DNA of 64,000 bases from an uncultured Candidatus Poseidoniales archaeon (GTDB lineage Archaea; Thermoplasmatota; Poseidoniia; Poseidoniales; Poseidoniaceae), in the NCBI GenBank assembly GCA_964412625.1, contig CAYPPO010000002.1, positions 9,497 to 73,496 on the forward strand, in the 5' to 3' direction. A model generated the notes under the pieces. That model was not told where the DNA came from and did not search any database. It saw nothing but the letters and a program-made list of their open reading frames with translations. Both the position numbers and the translations under genes were made by a program. The first letter of the stretch is position 1, and each line of letters begins with the position of its first letter. Of this stretch, positions 29,345-40,179 are shown piece after piece.

Positions 29345-30043
29345 CATTGCTTCGGCTGAAAGATCTTTTTCGATTGAATAAAGGCACATAATTAGTGCGA
29401 CAAATAGTGCATATTCGGCGTATGCTGCAACATCAACAGCGTATTGTATTCGATCAAGTGTGAATATAGTATCATCTTGCAACCCATAATCCTCTAAATC
29501 TGATACAGCTCTCACAACCGCTTGAGACATTACTATGTAGGATATTATGGAAATTACAATGGCTAAAATCCGTATTTTTTTTCCCGGTTTGTTGCCTCCT
29601 GGTAAAGCAAAATGGGATAGAACTGCCCAAACTATGCCGATTTGGAAAACAATTGATGCGGTAACAATATGCAATTTTAGGTGATCATACATATTGGCAA
29701 ATGACATGATAACTAAATTAGCCCCAACAAATAGGCCGCATATTAAGAATAACAGCAGTAACTTGGTCGGTTTTCGTGAGTTATATTTGTGCCATACGCG
29801 GTAAGCAAACAGCATCTGAATCAGTCCGGATATTGCTAATCCAATGGTGAACACCCACCTCTCTAAGCCGGGGAAATCTGCTTCGGAGATGAAGAATGGA
29901 AAATCTCTAGAATTCCCCCCAAGTAAGTGAATTACCATCGATAGCGGAACTACAGTGGCTGGAAGTAACCAACTCGTCCGAACAATTAATTCATCCGAGA
30001 CATATTTGTCACCAATATGAATACCGTTCTCCGCATTCCTCAT
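29330..30043 (-). CDS. Frag1/DRAM/Sfk1 (TMEM150-like) membrane protein
   Basis: PFFISEAD..GLERWVF and LHIVTASIVF resemble DRAM-family motifs; about 6 TM. Start uncertain (30043 or 30058). Confidence 0.65.
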   Translation of the reverse strand: MRNAENGIHIGDKYVSDELIVRTSWLLPATVVPLSMVIHLLGGNSRDFPFFISEADFPGLERWVFTIGLAISGLIQMLFAYRVWHKYNSRKPTKLLLLFLICGLFVGANLVIMSFANMYDHLKLHIVTASIVFQIGIVWAVLSHFALPGGNKPGKKIRILAIVISIISYIVMSQAVVRAVSDLEDYGLQDDTIFTLDRIQYAVDVAAYAEYALFVALIMCLYSIEKDLSAEAMLCEE

Positions 30044-30119
30044 CGTGACACCGTGCATTGCGAAGTGAATCGTATCTATAACCTTCAAGTGTGATGGCAT
30101 ACACCGCATACTGTTTCAT

Positions 30120-31607
30120 ATGCCGTTACGAGTGCATGATACCCGCCGCAGGGAAAAGGTTCCATTCAAAACGATGGAACCAGGCAAAGTCTCGATGTAT
30201 GTATGTGGGGTAACAGTCTATGACAATTGTCACCTAGGCCACGCCCGTTGTTATCTCGCCTTTGATCTAATTCACCGGTGGTTAGAGTCCTCCGGATTCG
30301 ATGTCCATTATGTGCAAAATTTCACTGATATCGATGACAAAATCATCAAGCGAGCCAATGAAACGGGAGAGGATTGGCGAGCATTAGTAGATACCAATAT
30401 TGCTGGTTATTATGAAGACATGGACGCACTGAATATCCTGCGAGCCGATGATTACCCACGATGTACTGATTATGTCGATGACATGGTTCATATCACCCAA
30501 GATTTAATCGACAAGGGTCATGCCTATCAAGCGAATGATGGAGTATATTTTCACGTAGAATCAGCGCCTGAGAAATATGGCCAACTAACCGGGCAAAATA
30601 TCGATGCTGTCCGGTCAGGCGCCGGAGGTCGAGTCGATGATGCTGCCTCAGGTAAGCGAGATCACAAGGATTTCGCATTGTGGAAGGCGGCTAAACCGGG
30701 CGAGCCAACATGGGATTCTCCTTGGGGCCCGGGAAGACCGGGTTGGCATATCGAGTGTACAGCAATGTCGCTTGACCACTTTGGTCAGCAATTCGATATT
30801 CATGGTGGCGGTCACGATCTGCGTTTTCCCCATCACGAGGCGGAAATATTCCAAGGCGAATGCCACACAGGTTGCTCCCCTATAGTTCACCATTGGTTGC
30901 ACAATGGTTTTGTTAACATCGATGGCGAAAAGATGAGTAAGTCACTGGGTAACTTTTGGACTATCAAAGATATTTTGCAGCAAGTTGACGCAATGGTCCT
31001 TAGGTTTGCCTTAATCAATGCCCATTATCGTTCACCAATCGACATGAATGAAACCCTGCTCAAAGATGCTGAGCGTAATTACAATCGCGTGTTGGAGTGT
31101 TACATTAATGCCCTGAAAGGTATGACGTCTAAATCCCCAATTGCGCTGCCACAGCCGGACATTACCTCTCAACAACCGCTGATTAAATCCCTTGCTATGT
31201 TAGAGAAAATGGGTGAAGGATTTGCCCAAGCCATGGATGACGATTTCAATTCTAGGGATGCAGTGGCTAAAGTTCTGGGTGGAGTTCGAGAAATCAGCAA
31301 AGTATTGGCTAGTGGCTTGGATGAGGTGGATAAAGATGCTTTTGCGCATTATGCAGTTGACTGGTTGGAAGAGTCAGCCGGAGCGGTTCTTGGTATCCTA
31401 CCAACGCGAGAATTTGCTCTGTTAGAACCCGAGGAGGATCCCAGAAAAACCGAAATCGCTCCACGTGTTGAGGCCTTATTGTTAGAAAGATCCAAGGCAA
31501 GATCGAATAAGGATTGGGCCAAGGCTGACCAAATTCGCGATGAATTGAACTCAATGGGGGTCGTGGTAACCGACTCACCTGATGGGCCAATTTGGGAGCT
31601 AAAATAA
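30120..31607 (+). CDS. cysS: Cysteine--tRNA ligase
   Basis: YVCGVTVY, HLGH, GRPGWHIEC, DIHGGGHDL.FPHHE, KMSKS. Confidence 0.98.
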   Translation: MPLRVHDTRRREKVPFKTMEPGKVSMYVCGVTVYDNCHLGHARCYLAFDLIHRWLESSGFDVHYVQNFTDIDDKIIKRANETGEDWRALVDTNIAGYYEDMDALNILRADDYPRCTDYVDDMVHITQDLIDKGHAYQANDGVYFHVESAPEKYGQLTGQNIDAVRSGAGGRVDDAASGKRDHKDFALWKAAKPGEPTWDSPWGPGRPGWHIECTAMSLDHFGQQFDIHGGGHDLRFPHHEAEIFQGECHTGCSPIVHHWLHNGFVNIDGEKMSKSLGNFWTIKDILQQVDAMVLRFALINAHYRSPIDMNETLLKDAERNYNRVLECYINALKGMTSKSPIALPQPDITSQQPLIKSLAMLEKMGEGFAQAMDDDFNSRDAVAKVLGGVREISKVLASGLDEVDKDAFAHYAVDWLEESAGAVLGILPTREFALLEPEEDPRKTEIAPRVEALLLERSKARSNKDWAKADQIRDELNSMGVVVTDSPDGPIWELK

Positions 31608-31658
31608 TCCCATAATAACCCATAATCGAAATTCCATCGGCTAAATTACCGTCAGTGG

Positions 31659-31677
31659 TGCAAAATTTGCAAATTTT
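31659..31677. promoter_or_regulatory. Palindromic candidate operator upstream of acyl-CoA dehydrogenase
   Basis: Perfect 16-bp AAAATTTGCAAATTTT (31662-31677) overlapping TGCAAA-A-TTTGCA (31659-31671). Confidence 0.5.
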
Positions 31678-31719
31678 TCCCGACACATACATTAAATGTC
31701 AGCGCATTGTACGAGATTT

Positions 31720-32868
31720 ATGGTTGATTTCGAGTTATCGGAAGAGCAAGATATGCTGGTCGGTTTGGCGAAGACTTTTGCTGATGATGAGTTGATTCCT
31801 AACGCAGAGGAATGGGACAGAAACGGTATTTTCCCGGAGGCAGCAATCAATAAAGCTCGAGATCTCGGTCTATTGAATTGTACGATTCCAGAACAGTATG
31901 GCGGTCTTGGTCTAAGTTTTCTTGATGAGGTAATGATAAACGAGGAATTGGGCCGTGGTGATCCGGGTTTCGCAACCATAACCGGTGTAACCATGTTAGC
32001 CTGCCACCCAATAATATACGCAGGCACAGAGCAGCAAAAACAGGAATATCTAGGACGCGTCTGCGATGGCAAGATATCGGCATATTGTGTTACCGAACCC
32101 GGCGCTGGGTCCGACGTTAAGGCAATAAAAACAACTGCCACCTTGGATGGTGATCACTATGTCATAAACGGTTCGAAAATGTGGATTGGTGGAGCTGGGC
32201 ATGCAGACTGGTTCTACGTTCTGGCAAAAACCAGTGAAGAAAAATCATACCGTTCGCTGAGTGGTTTTATTGTAGAAGCAAATTCTGCAGGATTAGTCGT
32301 TGGCAAAAAGGAAGAAAAGATGGGCCAAAGGTCCTCTGATACCCGTTCGGTTAGTTTTGATAATGTTAGAGTTCCGCAAGCCAATTTAGTAGGCGGCGAG
32401 GAGGGTAATGGGTGGTTACAAGCGATGGTAGCGTTTGACCGTTCACGTCCTATGCTTGCTTCACACGCACTGGGTAACGCGCGCGGCGCAATGGAGGAAG
32501 CGTGGCAATATGCCAACGAGCGACAAACCTTTGGTAAACCGATTTTCGAACATCAAGCGATCTCGTTCATGCTCGCAGATATGAGTACCAAAATAGAGGG
32601 TGCCAGGTTGTTAGCATACAAGGCTGCAGACCTATTAGACAAAGGCGAATCTGCAACTTTGGCCGCAGCACACGCAAAGCGGTATGCAGCTGATATTGGA
32701 ATGGAGGTGACCACAGATTCAGTACAGATTTTTGGTGGTTACGGCTATTCAGAAGAATTCCCTGCTGCAAGACGCATGCGAGGTGCTAAAATTTACCAAA
32801 TATTCGGTGGTACAAGTCAGATTCAAAAATTGATAATTAGCCGGGAAATCAACAAAGATTACCAGTAA
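31720..32868 (+). CDS. Acyl-CoA dehydrogenase
   Basis: IPEQYGGLG, YCVTEPGAGSDV, NGSKMWI, RQTFGKPI, QIFGGYGY; ATTAAAT at -29 from ATG 31720. Confidence 0.95.
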   Translation: MVDFELSEEQDMLVGLAKTFADDELIPNAEEWDRNGIFPEAAINKARDLGLLNCTIPEQYGGLGLSFLDEVMINEELGRGDPGFATITGVTMLACHPIIYAGTEQQKQEYLGRVCDGKISAYCVTEPGAGSDVKAIKTTATLDGDHYVINGSKMWIGGAGHADWFYVLAKTSEEKSYRSLSGFIVEANSAGLVVGKKEEKMGQRSSDTRSVSFDNVRVPQANLVGGEEGNGWLQAMVAFDRSRPMLASHALGNARGAMEEAWQYANERQTFGKPIFEHQAISFMLADMSTKIEGARLLAYKAADLLDKGESATLAAAHAKRYAADIGMEVTTDSVQIFGGYGYSEEFPAARRMRGAKIYQIFGGTSQIQKLIISREINKDYQ

Positions 32869-32875
32869 GTTTGCC

Positions 32876-35818
32876 CTACTTTGGTGGCGGTTTCAGTTCA
32901 GGTAGCACAGGTACGAATTGTTTAGGTTGATGTTTTTCCATCACAGACAAGAACTCCTCAAGGCTGATTACGCCATCTCCATTAGTGTCGAATGTCTCCA
33001 GCATAGCGTCAATGTCTGAAACCTTGACCGAATCTTTGAGCAGCGTGTTAACCGCAGTTCGGATTTCTCTTCTGGACACATAACCATCGTCGGTTTGGTC
33101 GATGGCGGTGAACAAGCGAACCGCAGATAGCCCTGAAGATTTCATGGCACTTGCGACTTTGTCTTTAATGTCAATCGCATCACTACTGTCAACCGAATCT
33201 TTAGCCTGTAGCGTAGATTCATTAGACGATTGGTCAAATTCATCATCATCCCAAATCTTATCCACGACCGAGGTCTGGGAATTCAGTAAATCGTCACCGT
33301 CATTGGCCCGACTTATCACATATAGTCCGAAGAGTAAGGCAACTACAATTATCAACAATATTAGTTTGAGTTGGTTTTTGGTAGATTCATCTGCCTCTGC
33401 ATCGTCAATAAATTGGTCATCTGGTTGCTCACCAAATAAATCATCACCATCGGTGTTATTGTCGGTTGGGCCAGGCAAAGTTGTAGTGTCGCCCCCGCTG
33501 TTGGAGCCATCATTGTTCGCCCCTCCGGTATTGGATCCACCATTGTTGTTGGTGCCGCCATTGTTGTCACCGCCATTGTTGATATTATCGGTGGGCAATT
33601 GGATATCTACATTGGTTCTGTCACCATCTATCATTTCAACGGTGTAATAGTTGTCATACAATTTTGTCAGGTCAATGTGATAATTTGCATGAGTTGAACG
33701 ATTGATTACGTCGAAATAGCGGTCATCTCCAGAGGTGAATATTGGGTCAAGAGTCATATTCTTTAGGCGATTTACCTCATCTCGGTAATCACCGTCGAAT
33801 GTGGTGTTCAGCCAAGCATTAATCTCTTCATCGCTGTCGCCGTTGAACTCAACCCAGTTTGCCTTCATATCATCATATTCATGGCGCATTGCCATGGCAA
33901 GCCCGGCTTCTATTTCGGCAAAGGTTTGACTACCATCTACCTCGGTCAGTGAGGTTACATCTACGGCTTTTTGGAATCCTGTACCATTGACATACTCCCA
34001 ATCATCTCCTTGCAATTGTTGCATCAGGTCGACATCACCAAACACAGCCTTACCTTGAACAACGGTAAGAGCAACATCGGCATCAATGGCTTCGATCAGA
34101 TTTCGATATGGATCTTCATGGAAGGTATCAATGACTACTAAGTCAGCATACAAATCTGCTTTAATTCGTCCAACAAACGGAGTCCAGCCGGTCGCATCTG
34201 CCGGATTTGACGTAACCATTTCCACCAGTTCATAATTGCTGAAATGTCCGCCGAGGTTATTGGTATTCCACATATCTGCCACCTTCAATTCATGCAGGTT
34301 GTTCTTTGAGCCGCTCGGCCCCCAATCAGGCGAAATTGAGATACTAACCCCCGCCTGGTCAGCGGCAATCACATCAGTGGTATCGCCATAGAGCAGTAGA
34401 TTGGAAAGTGGCGACCAGACGAGTTCGGAGTTTACGCTAGCCATTTTACTAAATTGTGAAGAATCCAAGGCTGTGCCGTGAATTACCACGGTCTCATCGA
34501 GGATTAGTCCTTTGTCCCAAAGCGCATCAAACTCAGCCTTACTTGACTGATCAACACCTTCAGAAAGATGGACGAACCAAGCATTTAACGTACCAGCCTC
34601 ACTTTGACTAATCAGGTGGCTACCTGTATAATCGTCATCGGCTGCACCGCATACAGCACATGTGGAGATACCATCTTGACCGAAATTATACAATTCGACA
34701 TTCCTCGACAGAATGCTGTCCCAGGCTTGGGTCCCCGAACTTGGCGAGCCTTGCATGGCAGTTACTCCACCGGAGACTGCTTGCACCTCAGCATACTTCA
34801 TTTGTTCACTAGCCATGTCCCAACGGTAAGTCGACTGAATGTTGGTTTTCATCCAGGTAATACTTGGCCCATAATCCCAGTTGTTGCCCCATTGGTAACG
34901 ATTGGTATATCCACCCTCCTCTGACTTCTGCGAGTCGCTCAAATGGACTTCAAAGTCCCACAGTGGGATATGATTGTAGTGGACGTGATTATGTAAATCA
35001 ATTAGGCCGGGATAGATGGTTCCGTCAGTCTCGACAATCGGCACATCGGTGAAATCTACCCCTGCCGGCGGATTGGCATTTGACGCCCATACTCCGGTAA
35101 TCTTGCCGTCACGGACCATGACATTGCCGTCATTGATTATGTTGTTTTCACCATCCATAGTGACAACCCTGCCCTTTAGTAGAAATGCTCGAGAAGAATC
35201 AGTGTTGCTCAACTTGTAACAATTTACGATATTATCTGGAACGGTGTACGGCTCTGAATAATCAGCAGCCCTGCCTGGTGTAGGGTCGTCTTTGGTCAAA
35301 GTTCCATCATCGGATATATAGGACAATCCGTAACTAGAATCTGACGCCGGGAACGACATCGAGTTAATCAAATTTGAATTAGTGTCGGAGATACTAACTG
35401 TTTCGCCATCAAAGTAACTTAGGTCGAGGTCTGAATCGGCTCGGAATACGACTAATCTCTCATCAGCTCCCAGTGTAGTGTTGTATGGGAGTTGGCAAGG
35501 TGGACTCCCGCTAGTTGTTGAAAGCAGCCAACTAGAGACGTCTTGCGGTGCATCACCAGAGTTCCATACTTCGATAAATTGGTCACTAAATTTGCCATAA
35601 TCTCCATCGCCATTCCAATCCACTGCGCCGTAAATGTTTGAATTATTTTCATTGGAAACAAGATTATTTGGGCTGATGAACAGCTCTGAAATGACCACAT
35701 TTGCTGCACGGCCATTGGCTTCGTTTGAATTGTTTAATTCAAGTCTATCAACTGATGCAGACCATGACGATAGGATAAGCAGCAGCAACACGCATGAGGC
35801 CGTAAGTACTCTTCGCAT
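32876..35818 (-). CDS. Secreted, membrane-anchored amidohydrolase with N-terminal lamin-tail-like domain and C-terminal EF-hand pair
   Basis: VVISE...FIEVWN (LTD-like), PGLIDLHNH, VHLSEG, IHG, SPDW; Gly/Asn linker; TM; loops DQTDDGYVSRRE and DTNGDGVISLEE. Confidence 0.85.
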   Translation of the reverse strand: MRRVLTASCVLLLLILSSWSASVDRLELNNSNEANGRAANVVISELFISPNNLVSNENNSNIYGAVDWNGDGDYGKFSDQFIEVWNSGDAPQDVSSWLLSTTSGSPPCQLPYNTTLGADERLVVFRADSDLDLSYFDGETVSISDTNSNLINSMSFPASDSSYGLSYISDDGTLTKDDPTPGRAADYSEPYTVPDNIVNCYKLSNTDSSRAFLLKGRVVTMDGENNIINDGNVMVRDGKITGVWASNANPPAGVDFTDVPIVETDGTIYPGLIDLHNHVHYNHIPLWDFEVHLSDSQKSEEGGYTNRYQWGNNWDYGPSITWMKTNIQSTYRWDMASEQMKYAEVQAVSGGVTAMQGSPSSGTQAWDSILSRNVELYNFGQDGISTCAVCGAADDDYTGSHLISQSEAGTLNAWFVHLSEGVDQSSKAEFDALWDKGLILDETVVIHGTALDSSQFSKMASVNSELVWSPLSNLLLYGDTTDVIAADQAGVSISISPDWGPSGSKNNLHELKVADMWNTNNLGGHFSNYELVEMVTSNPADATGWTPFVGRIKADLYADLVVIDTFHEDPYRNLIEAIDADVALTVVQGKAVFGDVDLMQQLQGDDWEYVNGTGFQKAVDVTSLTEVDGSQTFAEIEAGLAMAMRHEYDDMKANWVEFNGDSDEEINAWLNTTFDGDYRDEVNRLKNMTLDPIFTSGDDRYFDVINRSTHANYHIDLTKLYDNYYTVEMIDGDRTNVDIQLPTDNINNGGDNNGGTNNNGGSNTGGANNDGSNSGGDTTTLPGPTDNNTDGDDLFGEQPDDQFIDDAEADESTKNQLKLILLIIVVALLFGLYVISRANDGDDLLNSQTSVVDKIWDDDEFDQSSNESTLQAKDSVDSSDAIDIKDKVASAMKSSGLSAVRLFTAIDQTDDGYVSRREIRTAVNTLLKDSVKVSDIDAMLETFDTNGDGVISLEEFLSVMEKHQPKQFVPVLPELKPPPK

Positions 35819-35905
35819 GGGTTGACCTTTACTAACAGGGACATTAATCCGTCGGTAGCAATTTGGCTGCGATTAGATGATAGACTCAATCAAATTGGTC
35901 GTAAT

Positions 35906-36280
35906 ATGGCAACCTTAGACCTCACAGAACCCGAGTTTGCAGGAGTAATAGAGAACAACGACATAGTCATCCTAGACTTTTGGGCTGAATGGTGCGGTCC
36001 GTGCAAGGCTTATGGCCCGGTTTACGAGCGAGTTTCAAGTGAATTTGACGACGTGGTTTTTGCAAAAATAAATACCGAGGAAGAGCCACAACTTGGTCGT
36101 ATGTTCAATATTAGATCGATTCCAACCACGATTGCTTTCAAGGAGCAAATTGGCGTCTTTATGCAACCCGGAGCATTGCCAGAGGCAGCCCTACGAGATT
36201 TGGTAGTGATGCTCAAAGATTTAGACATGGATGAGGTTAGAAACGAAATTGAATCCAAAAAAGCCGAAGAATCGGAATAA
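35906..36280 (+). CDS. trxA: Thioredoxin
   Basis: DFWAEWCGPCK and IRSIPT. Confidence 0.93.
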   Translation: MATLDLTEPEFAGVIENNDIVILDFWAEWCGPCKAYGPVYERVSSEFDDVVFAKINTEEEPQLGRMFNIRSIPTTIAFKEQIGVFMQPGALPEAALRDLVVMLKDLDMDEVRNEIESKKAEESE

Positions 36281-36326
36281 GACATGTTATGCGATGATTT
36301 CAATAGGTTGAGGTTTACCGCAGCCC

Positions 36327-38135
36327 ATGCATTGGAAACCTTGGCTCATCATACTGCTGATGATGAGCGCAACTCTGTCTGGTTGTCTTAGCGATGATTC
36401 AGAGCAAGAGACTGGTTCAATTACCTCTGATTCATATCCTGAACCATGGGACAGAGCAGGTTTGTCGTATGATGATTCGGATGTATTTAGTCGTGTCACG
36501 GTCAATGGCACATACAATACTTCTGCGCCTCAATCGATATATGTTCCAGTACCAACAATAACCACCGCTGACGGCGGAGCAGGCATTACTGGTGGTGCAG
36601 AAGTACATCTAGGTCTATGGTTGCCAGAAATAGAAGGGTGTGATTTTACCGCTGGAAATGTGACAGAAGAATGTAAAGTACCGGTCATTGCTGATGTTGG
36701 CCCATACTATGATGACGGCGATGTCTCAGCAACAACGCCTGCCGATCGATTGGGTAGATTCCTCATTGAAAATTACGTGCCACACGGCTATGCCGTTGCT
36801 CAGGTCTCAGTTTTTGGTACCGGTAATTCCAACCACTGTATGGACCTAATGGGGACTGACGAACAGCGTGGGATCGATGCAGCAGTATCCTATCTCGGTG
36901 CAGCATCATGGTCGAATGGTAAGGTTGGTCTAATTGGGAAATCATATGATGGCTCCACGCCTTGGCAAGCTGCTACTTTTGGCAATCCCTATCTTGCAAC
37001 TATTGTTCCGATGTCGGGACTAATTGGGGTTCACGAATTGATGTGGCGCAATGGAAGCATGGAGGCGCGTGGGCCAATTATGCACAACGGTGTGTATGGC
37101 TCTTTCGGAATTGATGGTGATGACGGTGATGCTGAAAACCTATGTGAAGGCTACCTAGAGGGATATTTCAATGGCCCAGCAGCTTATCAAACCGGAGGCA
37201 TGGTTGATTATGCTGGTAATACCTACTGGACCGAGAGGTCATTTTTATCGCGAGTTTTGGAAAATTACCAAGGCTCGGTATACATTATTCAAGGAATGCA
37301 AGATTGGAATGTTGATCCACACATGGCTTTCCCAATTCATCAACAGGTTGCTGATGCGGGAATTGAAATCAAAACCCTCGCAGGACAGTGGGCCCATGAT
37401 TACCCAGACAGAGTCGAGGGCCACAGTTCTCAGAGTTCCGGCCGTGGTGCAGAAGCTTACCCTTACACACTTCGATGGGATTGGGCCGATGAGATGTTGT
37501 ATTGGTTTGATTGGTACCTCAAAGGTGAAGGTAGGGCTCCGACGCTAGGTGTTGAGATGCAAGATAACCGGGGTGGATGGAGATTTGAGTCAACGTATCC
37601 AGCACCGGACACCGAGTATTTGGCAATCAACGGCGCTGATATGGGACCCGATGGCACTTCGATGTCTGCATCTTCATCAATAACGATGAGTTACGGCCCG
37701 TTTGAAAATGATGTTTACATCGCTGGAATGCCAACATTCCATATTCCGGTCACCCCGAGTACTCTCAATGGCGCCCACGGTTTTCTGGAAATGACCGACG
37801 AAAATGGCCTGCGTCTCGGGCATGCAGTGATGGATTTTAGATTCCATGCTGGAGGACGCGATGGTCAATTGTCTCTAATTCCTTACGTTGAGGTAATGGC
37901 GTTGATGGAATTCATGCCGCTGGACGTATTCATCAGCGCAGGTGAAACAATATTCATTACAATGACGCAAACCGGTGAAGATTATGTCCCCTCATCATCG
38001 GCAGTCGGCGGGTACTCGGTTGATTGGAGTGGCGCAACATTAACCCTACCTCTTGTGACCAGAACCTGTGATGACTTATTCCAAGCTCCGATGCAGACAT
38101 ATGGTGCAGGTGATGATGGCACCAGAGAGTGCTGA
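36327..38135 (+). CDS. CocE/NonD family (S15) hydrolase, probable lipoprotein
   Basis: Lipobox [19 protein letters not shown] nucleophile elbow, QDWNV, GQWAH. Confidence 0.88.
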   Translation: MHWKPWLIILLMMSATLSGCLSDDSEQETGSITSDSYPEPWDRAGLSYDDSDVFSRVTVNGTYNTSAPQSIYVPVPTITTADGGAGITGGAEVHLGLWLPEIEGCDFTAGNVTEECKVPVIADVGPYYDDGDVSATTPADRLGRFLIENYVPHGYAVAQVSVFGTGNSNHCMDLMGTDEQRGIDAAVSYLGAASWSNGKVGLIGKSYDGSTPWQAATFGNPYLATIVPMSGLIGVHELMWRNGSMEARGPIMHNGVYGSFGIDGDDGDAENLCEGYLEGYFNGPAAYQTGGMVDYAGNTYWTERSFLSRVLENYQGSVYIIQGMQDWNVDPHMAFPIHQQVADAGIEIKTLAGQWAHDYPDRVEGHSSQSSGRGAEAYPYTLRWDWADEMLYWFDWYLKGEGRAPTLGVEMQDNRGGWRFESTYPAPDTEYLAINGADMGPDGTSMSASSSITMSYGPFENDVYIAGMPTFHIPVTPSTLNGAHGFLEMTDENGLRLGHAVMDFRFHAGGRDGQLSLIPYVEVMALMEFMPLDVFISAGETIFITMTQTGEDYVPSSSAVGGYSVDWSGATLTLPLVTRTCDDLFQAPMQTYGAGDDGTREC

Positions 38136-38190
38136 TTTAGTGTCGCATTAGGCGCTATTCTCTTAAGCCGATGACAAACAATCCTCCACC

Positions 38191-40179
38191 ATGGTTCTTA
38201 GCGCAATACCAGGGGTAGGGGAAAGACTAGCCAAAAAAATGACTGATCATTTCGGTTCGGAAGAAGCTGCCTTATCTTCGCTCATGTCAGGCGATATCGG
38301 GCAAATAGCTGAAATCGATGGTGTATCCCCAAAGCGAGCATTATCACTGGCTCGCAGCATTGCGGGCGACGACGGACAATTTCTTGCTACCAAGGAGTCG
38401 ATAAAACTACATCAGCAGTTGATTGACCAAATCGCAAATTTCACCGCTTCTCCGGCAACCAAAGCAAGGCTACAGTTACTAACTCCGCTTGAAGATTCAT
38501 CTAAGCGTCGTGACTTGATAGAAGCCGCCATGAAGTTCTTATCTAATGATAATGAAATAGCGACAAAACTTAGCAACTCCTTGAAGCAGGTAACTACGCT
38601 AAAGAATAATTCAGAACGTTATGATAGAGTTGTGGTGACAAAACAGCCGATGAACCATTTGAAAAAACACTGCCGTATACTCATGCCAGCAGAAAGTGAA
38701 ACATGGAAAGATTACACGGTGTTTGGTAAGGTGACATGGCTGGGCAGTGGGGCGCCAAACGATGTCCCAGAAGGATGGATTGTTCTTGGGAGTGATCCTG
38801 ATGAAGAATTAATTATACCAGAGTTGACTCTAGATTGGTTTAAGAAAAACCGAAAAACGTTGTCGGCTTTGTCAGAGATCATCACCACCTTATCTAACTC
38901 AGACTCTAATTCACAATTTTTTGACTATCTGGGTTCGGAATTAGTCGGTTTGGAACAATTACCGGAGTTATTATTCACATTATTTGAGGAGGGCGACACA
39001 GAACGCGCCGAACAGGTAAAAGATGAATTGTGGCCATATTGTAAGGCATTGGAGAACGAGGTTAACATTGACGTTGAAAAAGCGATGAACGATGCGAAGT
39101 TAGCACTCTCGGGTGCAGAATTGCTAGATGCATTGGCTGACGGTAGCGGTTTTCAAAGGCGACTTAAGGAGGCAACAGGATATGTTATCGAAAACGCTAT
39201 GCAACAAGCAGTAAACAAGTTAGCAGAGTATATGGAAGGAAGTGGAATTAGGTGTCCGCCAATAATTTTCACTAGTGATTGGCCAGCCAAACTCGACCGT
39301 CAAGTTATCGAAAAAATCGATGAGAGCCTAGAAAAGCGCATTAGTGCTCAAAAGTCAGATCATATCTATTCGATGGCTAGGAAGCTAGGCCCACTGAAGT
39401 CAAAGTGCGAATCAGCAATTCGTTCACTGGTCATAGTCGATCAGTGGCTGACTATTGCTCGATGGGCAAAACACTACTCTTGTACTATGCCCAAGATGGT
39501 TTCACACGGTATATGGATTAATCAAGGCCGGCACATACTACTCGGAATCGAAGCCGATCCAGTTACTTATGGTCTAGGAAAGGCAGCACCAAAGAGTGAT
39601 CAGCAACAATTAGCATTGTTGACCGGGGCTAACTCAGGTGGCAAGACCACACTTCTTGAGTTACTTGCTCATACCTGCATACTTGCCCACATGGGTTTGC
39701 CAGTACCGGCAAAACAAGCATGTGTCGGCAAAGTGGAGGCGTTACATATTCTAGCAAAAGCTGGTGGTACACAGAGTGCCGGAGCCTTGGAACAGACACT
39801 GGTAGATTTGGCGACAGTTGTCAGTGATCCTACTCCAAAACTTATCCTAGCCGACGAATTAGAAGCAATTACCGAACCTGGTGCAGGTGCTAGGATAATC
39901 GCTGGGATGTTACTCGCTGCGAGGGCACAAAAAGACACGACAATGATGTTAGTCACACATCTAGCACCAGCAATAATCGAGGCCTCAAATGTCGATGATT
40001 TTAGAGTAGATGGTATCGAAGCAAGAGGCTTGGACGCCGATTTGGAATTGATTGTCGATAGAACACCAATCCGTAATCATCTTGCTAGATCCACTCCAGA
40101 ATTAATCGTTAAGCGCCTTGTAGAGAAGAGTAATGGCCACGCAAAAAAGTTGTTTGGCGATATTTTGACCATGTTCTAG
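38191..40179 (+). CDS. Archaeal MutS2/MutS5-like ATPase with N-terminal helix-hairpin-helix
   Basis: IPGVGERLA and IDGVS HhH motifs; LTGANSGGKTT, SAGALE, LADELEAITEPGAG, VTHL. Confidence 0.85.
   Translation: MVLSAIPGVGERLAKKMTDHFGSEEAALSSLMSGDIGQIAEIDGVSPKRALSLARSIAGDDGQFLATKESIKLHQQLIDQIANFTASPATKARLQLLTPLEDSSKRRDLIEAAMKFLSNDNEIATKLSNSLKQVTTLKNNSERYDRVVVTKQPMNHLKKHCRILMPAESETWKDYTVFGKVTWLGSGAPNDVPEGWIVLGSDPDEELIIPELTLDWFKKNRKTLSALSEIITTLSNSDSNSQFFDYLGSELVGLEQLPELLFTLFEEGDTERAEQVKDELWPYCKALENEVNIDVEKAMNDAKLALSGAELLDALADGSGFQRRLKEATGYVIENAMQQAVNKLAEYMEGSGIRCPPIIFTSDWPAKLDRQVIEKIDESLEKRISAQKSDHIYSMARKLGPLKSKCESAIRSLVIVDQWLTIARWAKHYSCTMPKMVSHGIWINQGRHILLGIEADPVTYGLGKAAPKSDQQQLALLTGANSGGKTTLLELLAHTCILAHMGLPVPAKQACVGKVEALHILAKAGGTQSAGALEQTLVDLATVVSDPTPKLILADELEAITEPGAGARIIAGMLLAARAQKDTTMMLVTHLAPAIIEASNVDDFRVDGIEARGLDADLELIVDRTPIRNHLARSTPELIVKRLVEKSNGHAKKLFGDILTMF

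Noticed and set aside
33490..33590. GCC/ATT/GTT-rich repeats as CRISPR or VNTR
   Set aside because: Imperfect codon-level repeats encoding a GGxNN linker; there is no repeat-spacer structure.
33102..33647. Long antisense ORFs (this one, 41893..42477, 58010..58480, 11311..11733 and similar)
   Set aside because: They are Ser/Leu-rich shadows of well-supported genes on the opposite strand, with no motifs of their own.
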